64,000 nucleotides of DNA, taken from NCBI RefSeq assembly GCF_009914755.1, contig NC_060947.1. The stretch is one strand, 5' to 3'. The position numbers and the translations under genes are program-made. The notes under the pieces were generated by a model that ran no database searches, had not been told where the DNA came from, and saw nothing but the letters and a program-made list of their open reading frames with translations. The stretch is from the human T2T-CHM13v2.0 reference genome, Homo sapiens. Of this stretch, positions 15,310-30,149 are shown piece after piece. The number at the start of each line of letters is the position of its first letter. Within the stretch, counting starts at the first letter, position 1.

Positions 15310-16000
15310 CAGTCTAACGTATAGTGACAAAAGAGGGGGGTCAGTGATTCTCCTGTTATATGAGGTATGGGGTAAGAGGAACAGAGAGAAGTAGAAAGAA
15401 GGGTGGATATATTAGCAGAGTTCTCTAGAGGGACAGAACTAATAGGATAGATGTAAATATATAAAGGGGAGTTTATTAAGTAATATTAACTCACACAATC
15501 ACAGGGTCCCACAGTAGGCTATCTGCAAGCTGAGGAACAAGGAAGCCAGTAGAACTTGGAGTTCAATGTTCGAGGGCAGGAAGCATCCAGCACAGGAGAA
15601 GGATGTGGGCTGGGAGACTAAGTCAGTCTAGCCTTTTCACGTTTTTTTTTTTTTTCTGCCTGCTTTATATTTGCTGGCAGCTGATTAGATTGTGCCCACC
15701 GGTATTAAGAGTGGGTCTGCCTTCCCTAGCCCACTGACTCAAATGTTAATCTCCTTTGACAACACCCTCACAGACACACTCAGGATCAATATCGCATCCT
15801 TCAGTCCAATCAAGTTGACACTCAGTATTAACCATCACAATGGGATTACCAAAGAGCACAAGAAAACTTTTGGAGGTGATGTGCATGTTTCTGATCTTGA
15901 TTATGATGATGGTTTAACAGCTGTATACCTATTTGAAAACTTACCAAATTATACACTTTATGCAGTTAATTGTATGTTAATTATACCTCAATAAACTTGT
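15310..16000 (+). mobile_element. L1M (L1MC/ME-type) 3' end, split by MLT2A
   Basis: aagaaaacttttggaggtgatg...gatcttgattatgatgatggtt...taattatacctcaataaa is a typical L1M 3' terminus. Confidence 0.7.
15408..15839 (-). mobile_element. MLT2A (HERV-L) solo LTR
   Basis: ttctctagagggacagaactaatagg ... caagttgacactcagtattaaccatcaca is the reverse of the MLT2A1/2 consensus. Confidence 0.92.
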
Positions 16001-17764
16001 TTTTCAAACATTGGACACATAGATAACCAAAATCTTTATAATTGTTAGTCTTCTACATGGAAAATTCATTTATAATTTCACTTTCATTTTTTCACTTTTC
16101 TGCATGTTGGTAAAAGCACACCCTTTAACACAGGAATTTCATTTTTCAGAATCTATTCTCACCAAGTCACCAGATGAACAATAGATCATCTACACAGTTA
16201 TAAATGACAATATTGATAAGAAAAATGTGATAAGAAGAAACGTTTAGAAGCAACTTAAATGTTGTACAGTAAAAGTTTGATAGACAGATTGTGAAATATA
16301 TATGCTAGAATATAAAACAGTCAACATTATCTGGAGAGGACTTTATGATTTAAAATGTTTCAGTCAACAAAATAGCACAAAACTTTTAGTTGTTTACACT
16401 GTGGTAATAATTTCATAAAGATTCGAAGAGAATGAAATAAGGTAAGCCAAATGATTAATGACTGTTACTTTGGAAAAGTAGAGTTGTGGATAATTTTTAT
16501 TTCCTTTTTTATGCTTTTCTTCATACTCCAAATTCTCTACCATGAATATGCATTACTTTTCTCATCACATTTTTTTGAAAATGACTAAAAGGAACTCTCC
16601 CAAATAATTTTCCTTTTATCTTTCAACGAAATGGCTTTTAAAAGAATCCTCTCATAGAGGATTTGAAGCACGTCAAGAAAATTGTTCAGAACGGCTGAGA
16701 GTCTTATGGTGAATGTGACAAGGTTATAGTCCAAGTTTTGACATGTTCATCATTAACGTTCTGCTGGTCCCTAGCCTGTCTCAGTGGATGGAGATGAATT
16801 CATTAGAGATGAGTAAATAAAAAAGTGATTTTCTCTCTAAATTAATATAACGACACACTTTTATGATGAATTTTCTAAATCATTTCAGGTTATACCTTCC
16901 TCTCTGTGAGTTCAATTATCTTTGTCATAAAAAGCTTCTTTTCCATAGACAAGCTTTACCCATTTTTCATAGCCTAATTTAACTGTAAAGCTGTTAACAT
17001 CCTAATTTAAGCTGATGATAAATAGTCTTTTAACCGATTTGAAATTTTTGAAATTAGGTGGTATAATATTCATAGATATAACCTTACCAATTGTGAGGTG
17101 AAAAAAAATTCAAAGCATAAATATGGCTTTAACCTTGAAACCTGACAGGCGTTTGAATAGGAAAGAGATGAGCCATTTCCTGTATTTAAATTTCTCTAGA
17201 CTCCCCGTGCCCTGTGTGCCACCATTTTGATTAATCCTTCTTAAAACTTATCTTCTATTAAATGTGTGAAAAACATATGTTTCTCATTGTTAACATCTCA
17301 ATGTTTTACTCAAGAATTGGATAATCTGAGGAAGTTTCATTAATAAAGGAAAATATATATCCGGGAAATATTATGTATGTATGTATGTATTTCACACCTT
17401 TCTCTTTGTAGGTTATCAAAATAGTGTGAAAAATTAGAATTAGGCTTAGAACAACACTATCTTTTACTCTAAAGCTCTCTAGAAAAGGTCCCTAAAATTA
17501 ATCAAAAATGGGCACTATGTCTTCTGTTTTAAATAAATACCTTAATACCTTACAATACCTCTTTTACAATGATGTCATCTTCTTACTAGCCAAATGCCAA
17601 GATTCTGATGTAAGAGAGTAAATAACTTGTGAAACAAAGTAAGAGAATCTAAAAAAAAATCAGTTTGCTTGGGGCTTTATTTGTATCATTATTTTCTAGC
17701 ATTTTACCAATTCATTTGTGTTTCAATCATCCATGATGCATTTTCTTAATGCTGGCTGCTTTCA

Positions 17765-20150
17765 TTTTTTATTTTTTAATTTTTAAAATAATTTCAACTT
17801 TTATTTTAGATTTGGGGGTACATGTGCAGATGTGTTACATGGGAATACTGCATGATGCTGAGGTTTGGGGTATGATTGAACCCATCACCCAGGTAGTGAG
17901 CATAGTACCCAATACGTAGTTTTTCAGACTTTACCCCCCTTCCCCCGCCCTGCATCTGGTAATCTGCAGTGTCTGTTGCTCTCATATTTATATCTATATG
18001 TACTCAATTTTTAGCTCCCAATTATAAGTGAGATCATGCAGTATTTGGTTTTCTGTTCCTGTATTAATTTTCTTAGGATAATGGCCTCCAGCTACATGCA
18101 TGTTGCTTCAAAGAATGATTTTGTTCTTATTTATGGCTGTGTAGTATTCCATGGTGTGTATGCACCACATTTTCTTTATCCAATCCACCCATTGATGGGA
18201 AGCTAGGTTGATTCCATGTCTTTACCATTGTTAATAGTCCTGTGATGAACATACAAGTGCAGGAGTCTTTTTGGTAGAATGATTTATTTTCCTTTGGGCA
18301 TATACCCAGTAATGAGATTTCTGGGTTGAATGGTAGTTCTGTCTTAAGTTATTTGACAAATCACCAAACTGCTTTCCACATTACCTGACCTAATTTACTT
18401 TCCCACAAACAGTATATAAGCATTCCCTTGTCTCTGTAGCCTTACCTTTTGTTTTTTGACTTTTTAATAAAGCCAATCTGACTGGTGTGAAGTGGTACCT
18501 CCTTGTGGTTTTGATTTGCATTTCTCTGATGACTAGTGTTGTGATGCATTTTTTCCTGTTTCTTGGCTGCACATACGTCTTCTTTTGAGAGTGTCTGTTC
18601 TTATCTTTTGCCCGTTTTTAATGGGGTAATATGTTTTGTGTCTATTCAATTGTTTAAGTTCCTTATAGATTCTGGATATTAGGCCTTTGTCAGATGCATA
18701 GTTTGCAGATATTTTTTCCCATTCTGTAGGTTGTCTGAGTACTCTGTTGATAGTTTCTTATGCTGTGCAGGAGCTTAGTTTGATTAGATCCCACTTGTCA
18801 ATTTTTGGTTTTGTTGCAATTGCTTTAGAGGACTTAGCCAAAAATTCTTTGCCAAGGCCAACGTTGAAAAGGGTTATTTCCTAGGTTTTCTTCTGGGACT
18901 CTAATGGTTTGAGAACTTACATTTAAATATTTAATCCTTTTTCAGTTAATTTTTCTATATGGTGAAAAGTAGGGATCCAGTTTCATTCTTCTGTGTATGG
19001 ATGGCCAGTTATTCCAACACCATTTATTGAATAGGGAGGCCTTTCCTCATTGTTTAATTTTGTCGACTTTGTTGAAGATCAGATGGTTGTAGGGTGTGTG
19101 GCTTTATTTCTGGGTTATCCATTCTGTTCCATTGGTCTATGTGTCTGTTCTCGTACCAGTACTGTGCCATTTTTGTTATTGTAGCCTTATAGTTTAAAGT
19201 TGGGTAATGTGATACCTCCAGCTTTGTTCTTTTTGCTTAGAACCGCTTTGGCTATTTGGGCTCATTTTTGGTTCTGTATAAATTTTAGAATAGTTTTTTT
19301 TTCCTAATCCTGTGAAAAATGATGTTGATAGTTTGGCAGGAATAACGCTGAATCTATAAATTGCTTTGGGCAGTACAACCATTTTAACAGTATTGATTCT
19401 TCCAATCCATGATCATGAAATGTTTTTCCATGTGTTTGTGTGATTTATGATGTATTTCAGCAGTGTTTTGTAGTTGTCCTTGTAGAGATCTTTCATCCCC
19501 TTGGTTAGGTGTATTCCTACATATTTTATTTTTGTATGACTATTGTAAATGGGATTGCATTCTTGATATGGCTCTCAGCTTGAATGCTATTGGTATATAG
19601 AAGTGCTATTAATTTTTATATATTGATTTTGTATCCTGAAACTTTAATGAAATCATTTATCAGTTCTAAAAGGTTTTTGATAGAGTCTCTAGGGTTTTCT
19701 GGGTATAGAATTGTATTATTGGTGAAGAGAGATAATGTGACTTCTTGTTTTTCTATTTGGATGCCTCTTATTTCTTTCTCTTGCCTGATTGTTCTGGCTG
19801 AGAATTCAGTATTATGTTGAATAAGGGTGGTGAGAGTGGGCATTCTTGTCTTGTTCCTGTTCTTAGGATATATGCTTCCAGCTTTTGCCTGTTAAGTATG
19901 GTGTTGGCTGTGGGTTTGTCATAGATGGCTCTTATTTTTAGTTATGTTCCCTAGATGCCTAGTTTGTTGAGGCTTTTTATAATTTTATAAAATCCCTTTG
20001 TATAAGGGATGTTGGGTTTCAGCAAAAGCCTTTTCTGTGTCTATTGAAATGATCATATAGTTTTTGTTTTTAATTTTGTTTATGTGGCAAATTGCATTGA
20101 TTGATTTGTGTATGTTGAACCAAGCTTGCATTCCAGAAATAAAGCCTACT
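17765..20150 (-). mobile_element. L1PA15/16-like element: 3' UTR and ORF2 3' half (antisense)
   Basis: 3' end caacttttattttagatttgggggtacatgtgcag. ORF-track remnants match L1 ORF2 (19616-19843 [25 protein letters not shown]; 19194-19382; 18390-18572). Frames disrupted. Confidence 0.95.
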
Positions 20151-20933
20151 AAATACCTATATCAAGAGGTTATACAAATCTCAAATTAATGATCTAACAT
20201 CACACCTAGAGGGACTAGAAAAACAAAAACAGTCTAACCCCAAAGGTAGCAGAAGAAAAGAAATAATTAAAATCATAGCAGAAGTGAACAAGATAGGGAA
20301 TCAAAAATTCATACAAAAGATCAACAAAATGAAAGATGATTGTCTGAACGGATAAACAAGATAAATAGACTACTAGTTAGATCAACAAAGAAAAACAGAG
20401 AGAAGATCCAAGTAAGCCCAATCAGATATTACAAAGGTGACATTATAACAAATCCCACAGAAATACAAAAGATCCTCAGAGACTATTATGAACACCTCTA
20501 TGCACAGAAACTAGAAAATCTAGAGGAAATGCATAAATTCCTGGAAACACACAATCTCCCAAGATTGAACCAGGAAGAAATGAAAACCCTAAACAGAGTA
20601 ATATTGAGTTCTGAATTGAAGCAGTAATAAAAAACCTACCAATGAAAAAAAGCCCTGGGCCAAATGGATTTGCAGCCAAATTCTACCAGAAGTACAAAGA
20701 AGAGCTGCTACCATTTCTACTGAAACTATTCCAAAAAAAAAAATTGAGGAGTAGGGACTCTCCCTAACTCATTCTATGAAACCAGCATAATTCTGACACC
20801 AGAATCTGGTGAAGACACAACAAAAAAAGAAGACTATAGGCCAATATCTCTGATGAACATAGATGCAAAAATCCAAGAAAATACAAGCAAACTGAATCCA
20901 GCAGCACATCAAAAAGTTAATTCTCCATGACCA
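20151..20933 (+). mobile_element. Inverted 5' segment of the same L1 (ORF2 middle region)
   Basis: ORF 20340-20627 ([33 protein letters not shown]) is L1 ORF2. Orientation flips at 20150/20151. Confidence 0.95.
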
Positions 20934-21864
20934 CTCTTTAAAAATGATATTTAATGTGCCTCATTTTCCTTCCTCCCCCCCCACTGAAATTTGCTTCTAT
21001 TTCATCATTCCTGTTGCATCTAACACTGAGCAAGTATCTTAGGAAACAATACAATTTTGTAAAAGATGTTCTGCAGTAGCCTCTATGTAAATATCGTTTA
21101 TCCCTCTGTCTTATTACCAAGATAATGGATGTGCTTTTTAGCTCTCTCTGTTATATATATCCTCTACTTTATGTGTGTGTATATATATATATATATATCT
21201 CCTCTGCTCTCTCTCCTTTAGCTCTAGGTTTCAATATTCATTCCCAATATAGCAGGCAAACTTTTACTTTGAGAAACTTAAAACTCTAATCAGACATTTC
21301 AATTCCTACATGCCATCTCAAGCCTAATTTGGGAACTGTGGGAGCATAATAACGCATTGTCTATTTCTTCCTTTCTACTTTTGTACAATAGCTTTTGACT
21401 TGGAGGGAGTTTACTTCTACTTGCTGCACAATTATCCCAACATCCAGCTCAATTTCAAAGGTCCATTTAGCTGCTTTGGTGGTACACTTTGACAGCCTAT
21501 TGGCCTTGTAGATTTTAATGCATTTTGCATTATTTATCTCAGTTTTCCAAGTATAGTTTTTCTGTTGAATTTCTACTCGTTAACCAATTTTCTGGAAATG
21601 TTTCCCAATTGATCTGCATTGCACCTGTAGCTTATTTTTTTTTTGGTTTTGGCAAAACTCAGCTGAAAGGTGTATGAAGTACAATGTGATTTCTTAGCAC
21701 ATTGATGGTACTAAGTTGGCTCTAAATGTGCTGATGCATATAGTACACTTCTGCAATGATGTCTCTCTGGGAAACCCCATTTAACTTGAGTTACAATAAG
21801 CAAAGATAACAGCAAAGCTCTCAGTACTCTTTGAGACAAAGGTCTCATACAATTCATTAAAATT

Positions 21865-22405
21865 AAGATGATTCTGGCTGCAAGTTATAGAAACCCAGAT
21901 TCCGATTGATTAAAATAAGAAGGGATGAATGGTCTCACTTGACAGGAAGTTCAGATATGGGATGGGCTTCAAGGAATGCTCATTTAGCAATGTCATCAAG
22001 GGTCCAGGTGTTTTTCTCTTCCTCTGCTCTGTAATTCTTAGTATCATTCTATGTGTGGTAGAAAGATGGCTTACAGCAGTCCCAGGCATCATATCTATAT
22101 CCAGGAGACAAAGGTAACCTATTTTTTCTTATGAATATCTCATATGAGCAAGGAGATGTCCCTGTAGTCCAAGATGACTTCTTATTACGCTTTATAGGTC
22201 AAAGTAGTGTCACACGCTGGTTCTAGAGTAAACCATGAGCAATATTCCTCTTAAAATGATCAGGCCCTCCATAAAAGTGGGATGAGTTCTGTTTTTACTG
22301 GGACATATGGATATCTGGACTTGGGAGGATATCTGATCAAAATTGGAGTTCTAATAGTACAATAAAAGTAAAGAAATGAATGTTGGTTGGGAAACAATGT
22401 CCAGG
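21865..22405 (-). mobile_element. Old MLT1 (K/L-like) LTR
   Basis: ggctgcaagttatagaaaccc, caatgtcatcaagggtccagg, cagcagtcccaggcatcatatc, caaaattggagttct. Confidence 0.6.
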
Positions 22406-22589
22406 TTGTGTCATCATCATTGAACAGTGGAAAAAAATGCAGAGGGCAGTGAGAGCCCCTGTGGCCCACTGGCTGTGACCAGCATGGGTTTCTAAAGCAC
22501 TGGTGAAGGATAAAAGAAGAGGACAATAAGAATGCCTATATTTTGGCCCGAGGCGAAAATAATGAATAGAATTCCTTAGTGGGCAGATA

Positions 22590-22720
22590 CTGTAGTTTGG
22601 CCCACTCAACACCCCTTTCATCCCTCTTCTATAGAGATTGGAAAGGAAAGTTTTTGATTTCACAGCCTCTCTTGCAGCTTGGCTTAATCAAAAGCAGAAT
22701 GCTGGCCAATGAGATTTAGG
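22590..22720 (+). mobile_element. Possible LTR16/LTR33-type ERVL LTR fragment
   Basis: cagcctctcttgcagct...tggccaatgagat motif. Confidence 0.4.
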
Positions 22721-25387
22721 AAAAATTTATCAGGCTGCATTTGCTGAATAAATGTCAAATTTGTATTTGGAAGCACGATATCTTTCTTGAAATAAGGAAG
22801 ATAAGAAGTCACTTATTAAGGACGTTGGAGTAGGAAGTAAGCTGTGCTCTCAGTGGCATCACTGAGATGCCATTTGAGTCTTGGACTATATACTCTCAAA
22901 GGTCTGGTCATGTGAGAAGACGTAAACTATAGCAGTAGCTGAAAGCAATGCTATCAAATATAGAGTGCTCAAGTTAGTTACATAAGTTTACTCATATAAT
23001 ATTCCAATTAACTTAGCCTTTTAATTGTTTCCCAAAGGCCAAATCAGAAAAACTTCTCAAACAGTATATATCACAAATATCTTAACTAGTGCGAACCCAG
23101 AATCCACCTAATCACACTCCCAGTGCCTTAGCAGAGACAACCGTGGCTAATTCTTCAAGGCGTCATTTATATGGATAAATGTTACATCCACAACTCATAT
23201 CTGAACCAAGGCAGGTTTCATAAATCAGAAGTCTAGTTTGAGCCCCCACGTCAGCCTTATTATAACATTCAACGTAACAAAGGACGGTGTGTTATACCTT
23301 ATGTAAACTGACCTTTAAATTGGCCTGAAAATATTCACATGCATGAATGGGGCTGTATTACAGCAATGACATTGAAAATTATATTAAAGACACTTTATTT
23401 AGCAGCAAATTTAATATAACATTTGAACTGCTAAAAGTCAAGTAGGAAGTAGAGAGTACTTTCTTCATTTATTTGATGAAAAAAAAGCACAGACTGCTTT
23501 AAAAATATAACTTTTGACTACATACAACCAGATGAAAAAAGACGTTAACTAGAGGGAAATTTGTTTCATACCCATAAATAGAAACTAACTTAAAATGTAC
23601 CATGGTGGGGGGGAAATTAGTTGAGAATTACAAAATCCTCAACTGCTTTAATACCACAGCTTCATTCCATTTGCCTCTCAACTATTCCTGCTGGGGCTTC
23701 TGCTATAGTTTATTAACAAGTATCAGTGTTTCCATTACCTTAGAAAAACAAAACCAACAATCATTTTTCAAAAGACATTCAAATTGTCAGTATGTAATTA
23801 TTGCTAATATTAAGAATTCAGTATGTTACCACATACAACGCACATACCAACTATCTACTCATTGAGATAAACTTATATTTCCGAAATGAAAAAAAAGCCA
23901 TTATAATTAAGACTCAAGAAAACTTTTCCAGTATAAATATACTCTTAATTAAAGTTGAGATAAAGATATATCTGTGAGATAGTTTACCAAAATATTTATG
24001 TTAAACATCAGGCTCTACTATATTTAAGAGTGGGTTTCCATCAAAATACCTCATAATTATCTAGTTGCCTGCATGTACAACAGAAATACAAGAACTGAAC
24101 TGGATGAGTACAAAAGGGCTTTCAAATGTGTCCACTAATACAGTTAAAAGAATATAAGCTGCTACATGTATAAATACAATATTATATAAGTATATTATAT
24201 AAACATTATTTTCATTTTATCTTCTAACAGCTTTATAATCTAAGTGTTATATAAGTATTTTATATTTATATGATATATACTTATAAATATATATCAACAC
24301 TTATATAAATTTATATATACTTATATAAATATAGTATAAGCTACTACATGTATAATATACTGCATGTATAAATATAATATAAACCATATACATGGTATAC
24401 AGTTTATTCTCCTAAGTAACACCAACCATTAACTTTGTAGTATATCATATGAAAGAGATGATATGGTTAGGATTCAATAATATACAGAGGTATTTGTCAC
24501 TAATAGATGTAGTCAAAAATCAAAGACAATAATGCTAACATTTTTTATATTACTGTTTTTAGCAGTGGAATATTTTCTTTAAGCCACAGGTTACAAGGCA
24601 GTCCAATGTAGAACAAAGATAAAAACAGCTGCGGGTTGAAGCAGAGCTGACTATTCAGCCATGGGGAGCTTCTCAGAAACATTAGAATCCTTTATAGGGT
24701 CTCAAAGAGACTTGGGACCTAAGTGTTTTCTCCTATGTCCTAATAATTATACCTATTTTAGCCCCCCTCTGGGGACATTTTAAGTGACCAAGAATTGTTA
24801 AGAGGAAAATGGGAAGGATTCTGAGCTCCAAACTACATTTCATGCTGGCCCTCCCATCCTCCTAGGACATCTGATTATTTGTATAAAGGAGATGTATTAG
24901 AAGTCCTTGGAATTTTCTAATTAGAAGTTCCAGCTCTGATTACTTGGAGTTTGAGTAATTTTTCAAGTAAGTATTAGAGTCAAGGCTTGGACCCAGATAT
25001 GACTATAAAACTCATACTTTTAACTAATTTTTATGTAGTTTTCCACTGATACACTAGTGGCATTCTCAGCCAACTAATTAAGTTTTCTCTGCTGAATGTT
25101 TTGAATTCTTTGTCTTGGGTAATCTCTCCCTTTAAAATGTAAGGTTGAACCTGTAGAGCTCCATATTGTCACTTAATTATGACAACATAGATGAGAAAAG
25201 TACAAAGCTTTGATGTGTCTTTGGTGGAGATTATATGACATATTGAAGTTTTGTGAGATGGCTCAGAAAGTTCAGTAATAGCTGACGTTGAAAAGAATCA
25301 ACTCTTATTTATGCAGGTAAATAATAATGTGACTAATCTGGTATTGCCCATTAGTAATTGATCATTTCTCTCTGACTTGGGAACTAT

Positions 25388-25745
<358 letters not shown>

Positions 25746-27229
25746 TTATTTTCTTCAGGTCACTTACAAGAAACCACTTACTCATAATGAATTTCAATTA
25801 TGGCATGACCTATGTCATTATCCTGGGATTTAAGGGTCTAGATTTAGGCTGTTTTTATTCACATGGCTAGAACTGTATCTATTTAGAAAATTAATTTAAC
25901 TTTAATGTATCAAGACTATTTTATATAGCATTGATGATTTTCTACTTCAAAAGGGAAAGCTTTAAGATCCAAAGACATTGATTTCCAAACTGGGACAGGC
26001 ATAATCCTGAACCTTAATCATTTTATTCTTAGTGCTTCAGCTTTCTATTGAATTTTAGTGAAAGATAACATGGCTCTGGACAAACTTTCGTCTCTTGGAG
26101 AGAGCAAGTTGACACAGATCTGAAGTATTTTGTACATTTGTTGAATATGCCACCCAGTCTTCCACAATGTGGGAGTGCAACATTTAAGTATCAAAATGAA
26201 GCGAAGTTATCTTGGTGACCTTCTGACTTCTAGCTTATAAACCATTCATATGGAAGCCAGAAAATACAGTCAAAGATTTAATTTTCCAATTGATCTTGTA
26301 TTTAGCATCATTTAGAATAACAATCTGGATACTTAATCTAGTTTTTTTTTTAAATTTCAATCAGTTTGTTTGAAATCATGTAAACAAACAAAGCCTATAT
26401 TGTGAAGAAAATACATTTAATTATTACCGCCTCTAAATAAATCTAGTTTAAAACACATGTGGTGAATATTTGCAGAAAAGTGCATTTAACAAGTATGTGG
26501 CATTGTAATATTAAAGAACTAATGGAACTAACGGTGAAGATTTACTAGGCATAAATTATAGAAGCAGATAATGAGGTTATTAAAATAATATATATCTGTA
26601 ATTTTTATATAAAAGACTTTAAACATTTTTTTGAACTTCTTTTTTGTGTGTTTACAGATATACACTTTTTTTTTTTGCATGTTTTGGTCTACATAGGCAG
26701 CATTTAGATATGCTGAAGGTAGTCTAGTAAAGTCTTCTGCCTGAGTAGGATATTTTATTAATTTAAATTACAGTATAATGTTTTAAATAAGAATGTATGT
26801 TTTTGTAAGTGAGATGGGCCACTCACTCATGGAATCGACATATATTTGTTCAGTACCAACAGGATGCTGACATGGTGCCAGACAGTGAGAAGGCAAGGAT
26901 TGGGTTTTATTCAACGTGGCAGCCTCTATAGTGTTTAAAACATTGCTTTAAAAGCTGTTGGTATTCTGTAAATACTTGTTGAAATAATGAAAAAAGAAAG
27001 GTCCTCGACTTTGGAGAATTAAATATGCAGGTAATAACAATGTGATACTACAGTAGAAGGATGGTTCCTATATTTATATAGCTCAGAAGAACTTATAGTG
27101 GAAGGAATGGAAAGTTTCCACAGAGGAGAAAGATGAGGAATTTGATATGATAATAGGAAATGGTGTGGCCAAAGGCACAGCTTCAGAAAAGAATAAAGTA
27201 GCCATATGTGAAGAATAAAGTGTAAATCA

Positions 27230-27500
27230 ATTTAATTGGACATAGTCTCCAATGTAAAGGAAATAAACTTGGGAAGATTGTGCATGTTCTTGAATGTGGA
27301 CTAGGGAAGTTTGATCTTTGTTTGGGAGGCACTGGAGGCTTTTGGGCATATGCATGATAAGATTAAAGGTCCTTCCTGAAGATTAATCTAGCCGCAGTGT
27401 GTAAGATGGGTTGTCACAATGGGAGATAAAAATGGGGAAATCCACTATGAGATGAATTTAATTGGTCACATGGAAGGTAATAAATAATAGCCTGAGCAGC
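27230..27500 (-). mobile_element. L2 fragment
   Basis: Purine-rich antisense L2-like motifs (ggcactggaggctttt, gattaatctagccgcagtgtgtaagatgg). Confidence 0.45.
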
Positions 27501-28225
27501 CAGATAGTGTTCCTGTATTTGAGACTGACCTCGTTTTTCCAAGATGCTTCAAACTGTGAGATATTTCCAGAAGTCTCAAGTGTGAAATAATCAGTGTTAC
27601 TCTAAAATAACATTATGCAAAGCTACCTCACTTTTCTGGAAATCAGGCATCCAAAAGTGTTAAAACACTGGAACACAGATACAAATCTGAACTTCTTGTT
27701 GAGAAGACTAGACTATTCACTTTGCGGAAACTGAAAGCATGTATATCTTGTTTTTGTTTCATTGCCAGCACCAGTGCCTTGAAGAGTGAAAACTGAAGTT
27801 AGGCAATTCATGTATAAGACTTTCTATAAAATAATTAGTTTCTAAAGGGTCAATTCTTAGAAGTACATTTTAGCTTTCTGAAAGACATATTTCCAGGGTA
27901 GAACTAATTCTTAAATAATGATGAATATTGAGGTGTCATAATTTCATATTTATGGAAACATTGTCTCTCCTTGTGTATAACTTAACATGTAATTTGAGAT
28001 TTAAAAATGAAGGAATTTGATTTCATTTGCTGTTATTTAAGCTCCCTATGTCTGTTTAAATTTTGCTCTGAAGAACAGCTGCTCTAAAGTACAGCCAATA
28101 TTTCTTCCTTTGGGATAGCTAGTTCCACTGAAAATTTTGATATCGTCAAAATGTGCTGTATGTGTGTCTATGTGTAGCCAATCTCCCTTTCTCACATCCC
28201 CGGATACCCATGTCCTTATGCCTGC

Positions 28226-28405
28226 CACTGGTTCTCAAACTTTAAAGTACATAAATATCACCAGAAACAATTATTTAAACTATATGTTCCTAGCCCTACA
28301 GTCCCTGGAGATTCAGATTCCATAGGCATGGGGAAGCCTGAGACTGTTTTGATAAGCTCCACTAGGCAATTCTAATGCATGACTTCCAGAGATCATACCT
28401 TAAGT
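28226..28405. mobile_element. MER5-family element
   Basis: ctggttctcaaacttt...gagattcagattccatagg...taagctccactaggcaattctaatgca. Confidence 0.65.
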
Positions 28406-29812
28406 GGCTGTAACTTAAGCTCTCTCTGCCTTACTTGCATCAGATGTCATGTTCCTGACTTTAAGTAGCAGTTATTATTTAATTTAATTAATGAATAAAG
28501 TCAAACAATGTGGATGTCTAGAAAATCTCCTCTACTGAAAGAGCCTGAAATAGGGTGTGTTGCCTTACTAGAGTCTGATCGGTAGTAGCGTCATCCCACA
28601 TTGAGAGCTGCAGTTTCATGCTCTCAATCCTGAGATGTTTTACAGCAGGGTAAATGATCTAATTTATAGTATGTGCTGAGATATTTCTAAAGAAAGCTTG
28701 TGTCCGAGGGTAGAATGTTTTATGTGTTTAATTACACTTGAGTTCCAATCCAATTCGAAGCCATGTCTACAAAGGCTGGCGTTTAGTCAGCTAAACATTT
28801 GAAAGCTTCTTTGTTCCTAAGGGGGAAAGCACAAGACTAATTTTTCTAACAAGTAATTGCAGGTGCAAGTTATGTTTGCAATCTTAAAAAAGGAAGTGTC
28901 TCAGTGAAGGGGAAATTAAATGAGAGGGTTAAACGCATGACCTAGAAAGGATGTTTGAATCACTTGTGTTTTTCCATCTTGTACAAAAATCCATCTTTCC
29001 TATGAGATAGGGCTAATTTACCAGTTGTGTTCCTTTTAATATGAGGAAGTTGGGGGCTGGAGGGAGAAAAAGGTAGGAAGAAATTAGCCAAACACAATCA
29101 CCAGAACATGTTTTTTTTTTTTTTAAGCCAGGAGGGAGAAGGTGAAGATCTACACAATAAAGGAGTAAATAAAAACACTTGTAGGGGAAAAAAAATAATG
29201 GAGTGTTTTCTCATCCACTAAAACAGTAAAATTCCATCTTTAGGTTTTTCTTTGTTCAGTTCTCTTTGGAAGGAACTTTCTCAGCTGAAATTTTATTTGC
29301 TGTTTTTGTGTCATTTTTGTCATCAGAAAATATTTCCAAGTTAAGCAATCTTACAAAGAAGTATCTCAGGACTATCAACATTAGTGAGCCGGGTACCCTG
29401 AAGTGAGGTACTCTTTCCTCACTTCATAGTGTGGCCACCATAGCCATTCTTGCCTTTCTTCAGTTTGCTGTCTATCGGTGTCCATCAGAAATACCTTGTT
29501 GGCAAAAATGTCTTCCCTGCCCATCTTATTTGGTCTATTAATGATTTCATAAACTTCAATATGAATCTTTATGAGACCTCCTACTCCAAACTGGAAGCTC
29601 TAATCCCTTTTGCCTCTCCTCCTTTGGCAACCAGTTCCTCTCTTTGATGTCCCTAGTTTCCTTTCTCTAGATTTCTTCCAGTTCCATCATGCTTTCCAGA
29701 TATATCTCCACCAAAACCACCTCCAAAAAGCTAAATTCTTATTGGCTGCCGCAGCTCAACAGCGGATGCTCTGGTGAAATAAGCATAACAACAATAGTTG
29801 CTTTGTATGTAG

Positions 29813-30125
29813 CAGGGATCAGCACAGTTTTCCTGTAAAGAACTGGATAATAAGTAGTTTAGGCTTTGTGGACCATGTGGTTTTGATCACAACTATTCAA
29901 TGGTACCAGACAATACTTAAGCAAATATATGTGTAACTTATTCAAATAAAACTTTTCTTTGTAGACCTTAGAATCATTTCATATAATTTTCACATGCCAT
30001 AAACTATTATCCTTCTTAAGATTTTAAAAATCATTTTAAAATCTAAAAATAATTTTTGTCTCACAAGCTGTACAGAAACAAAACAGGCCAGATTTGGACT
30101 GCTGAATGTAGTTCGCCGACTCGGG
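29813..30125 (+). mobile_element. MER58B (hAT-Charlie)
   Basis: cagggatcagc...ctgtaaag...taggctttgtggaccat...tttcatataattttcacatg...ggccagatttgg...tagttcgccgac. Confidence 0.8.
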
Positions 30126-30149
30126 TTGAGAGTTTTTTGTTTTCACGGT

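Noticed and set aside
18390-20679. Reverse-transcriptase-like ORF fragments
   Set aside because: Decayed L1 ORF2 with stops and frameshifts in a truncated, inverted element. Not a functional RT, retron or DGR-like system.
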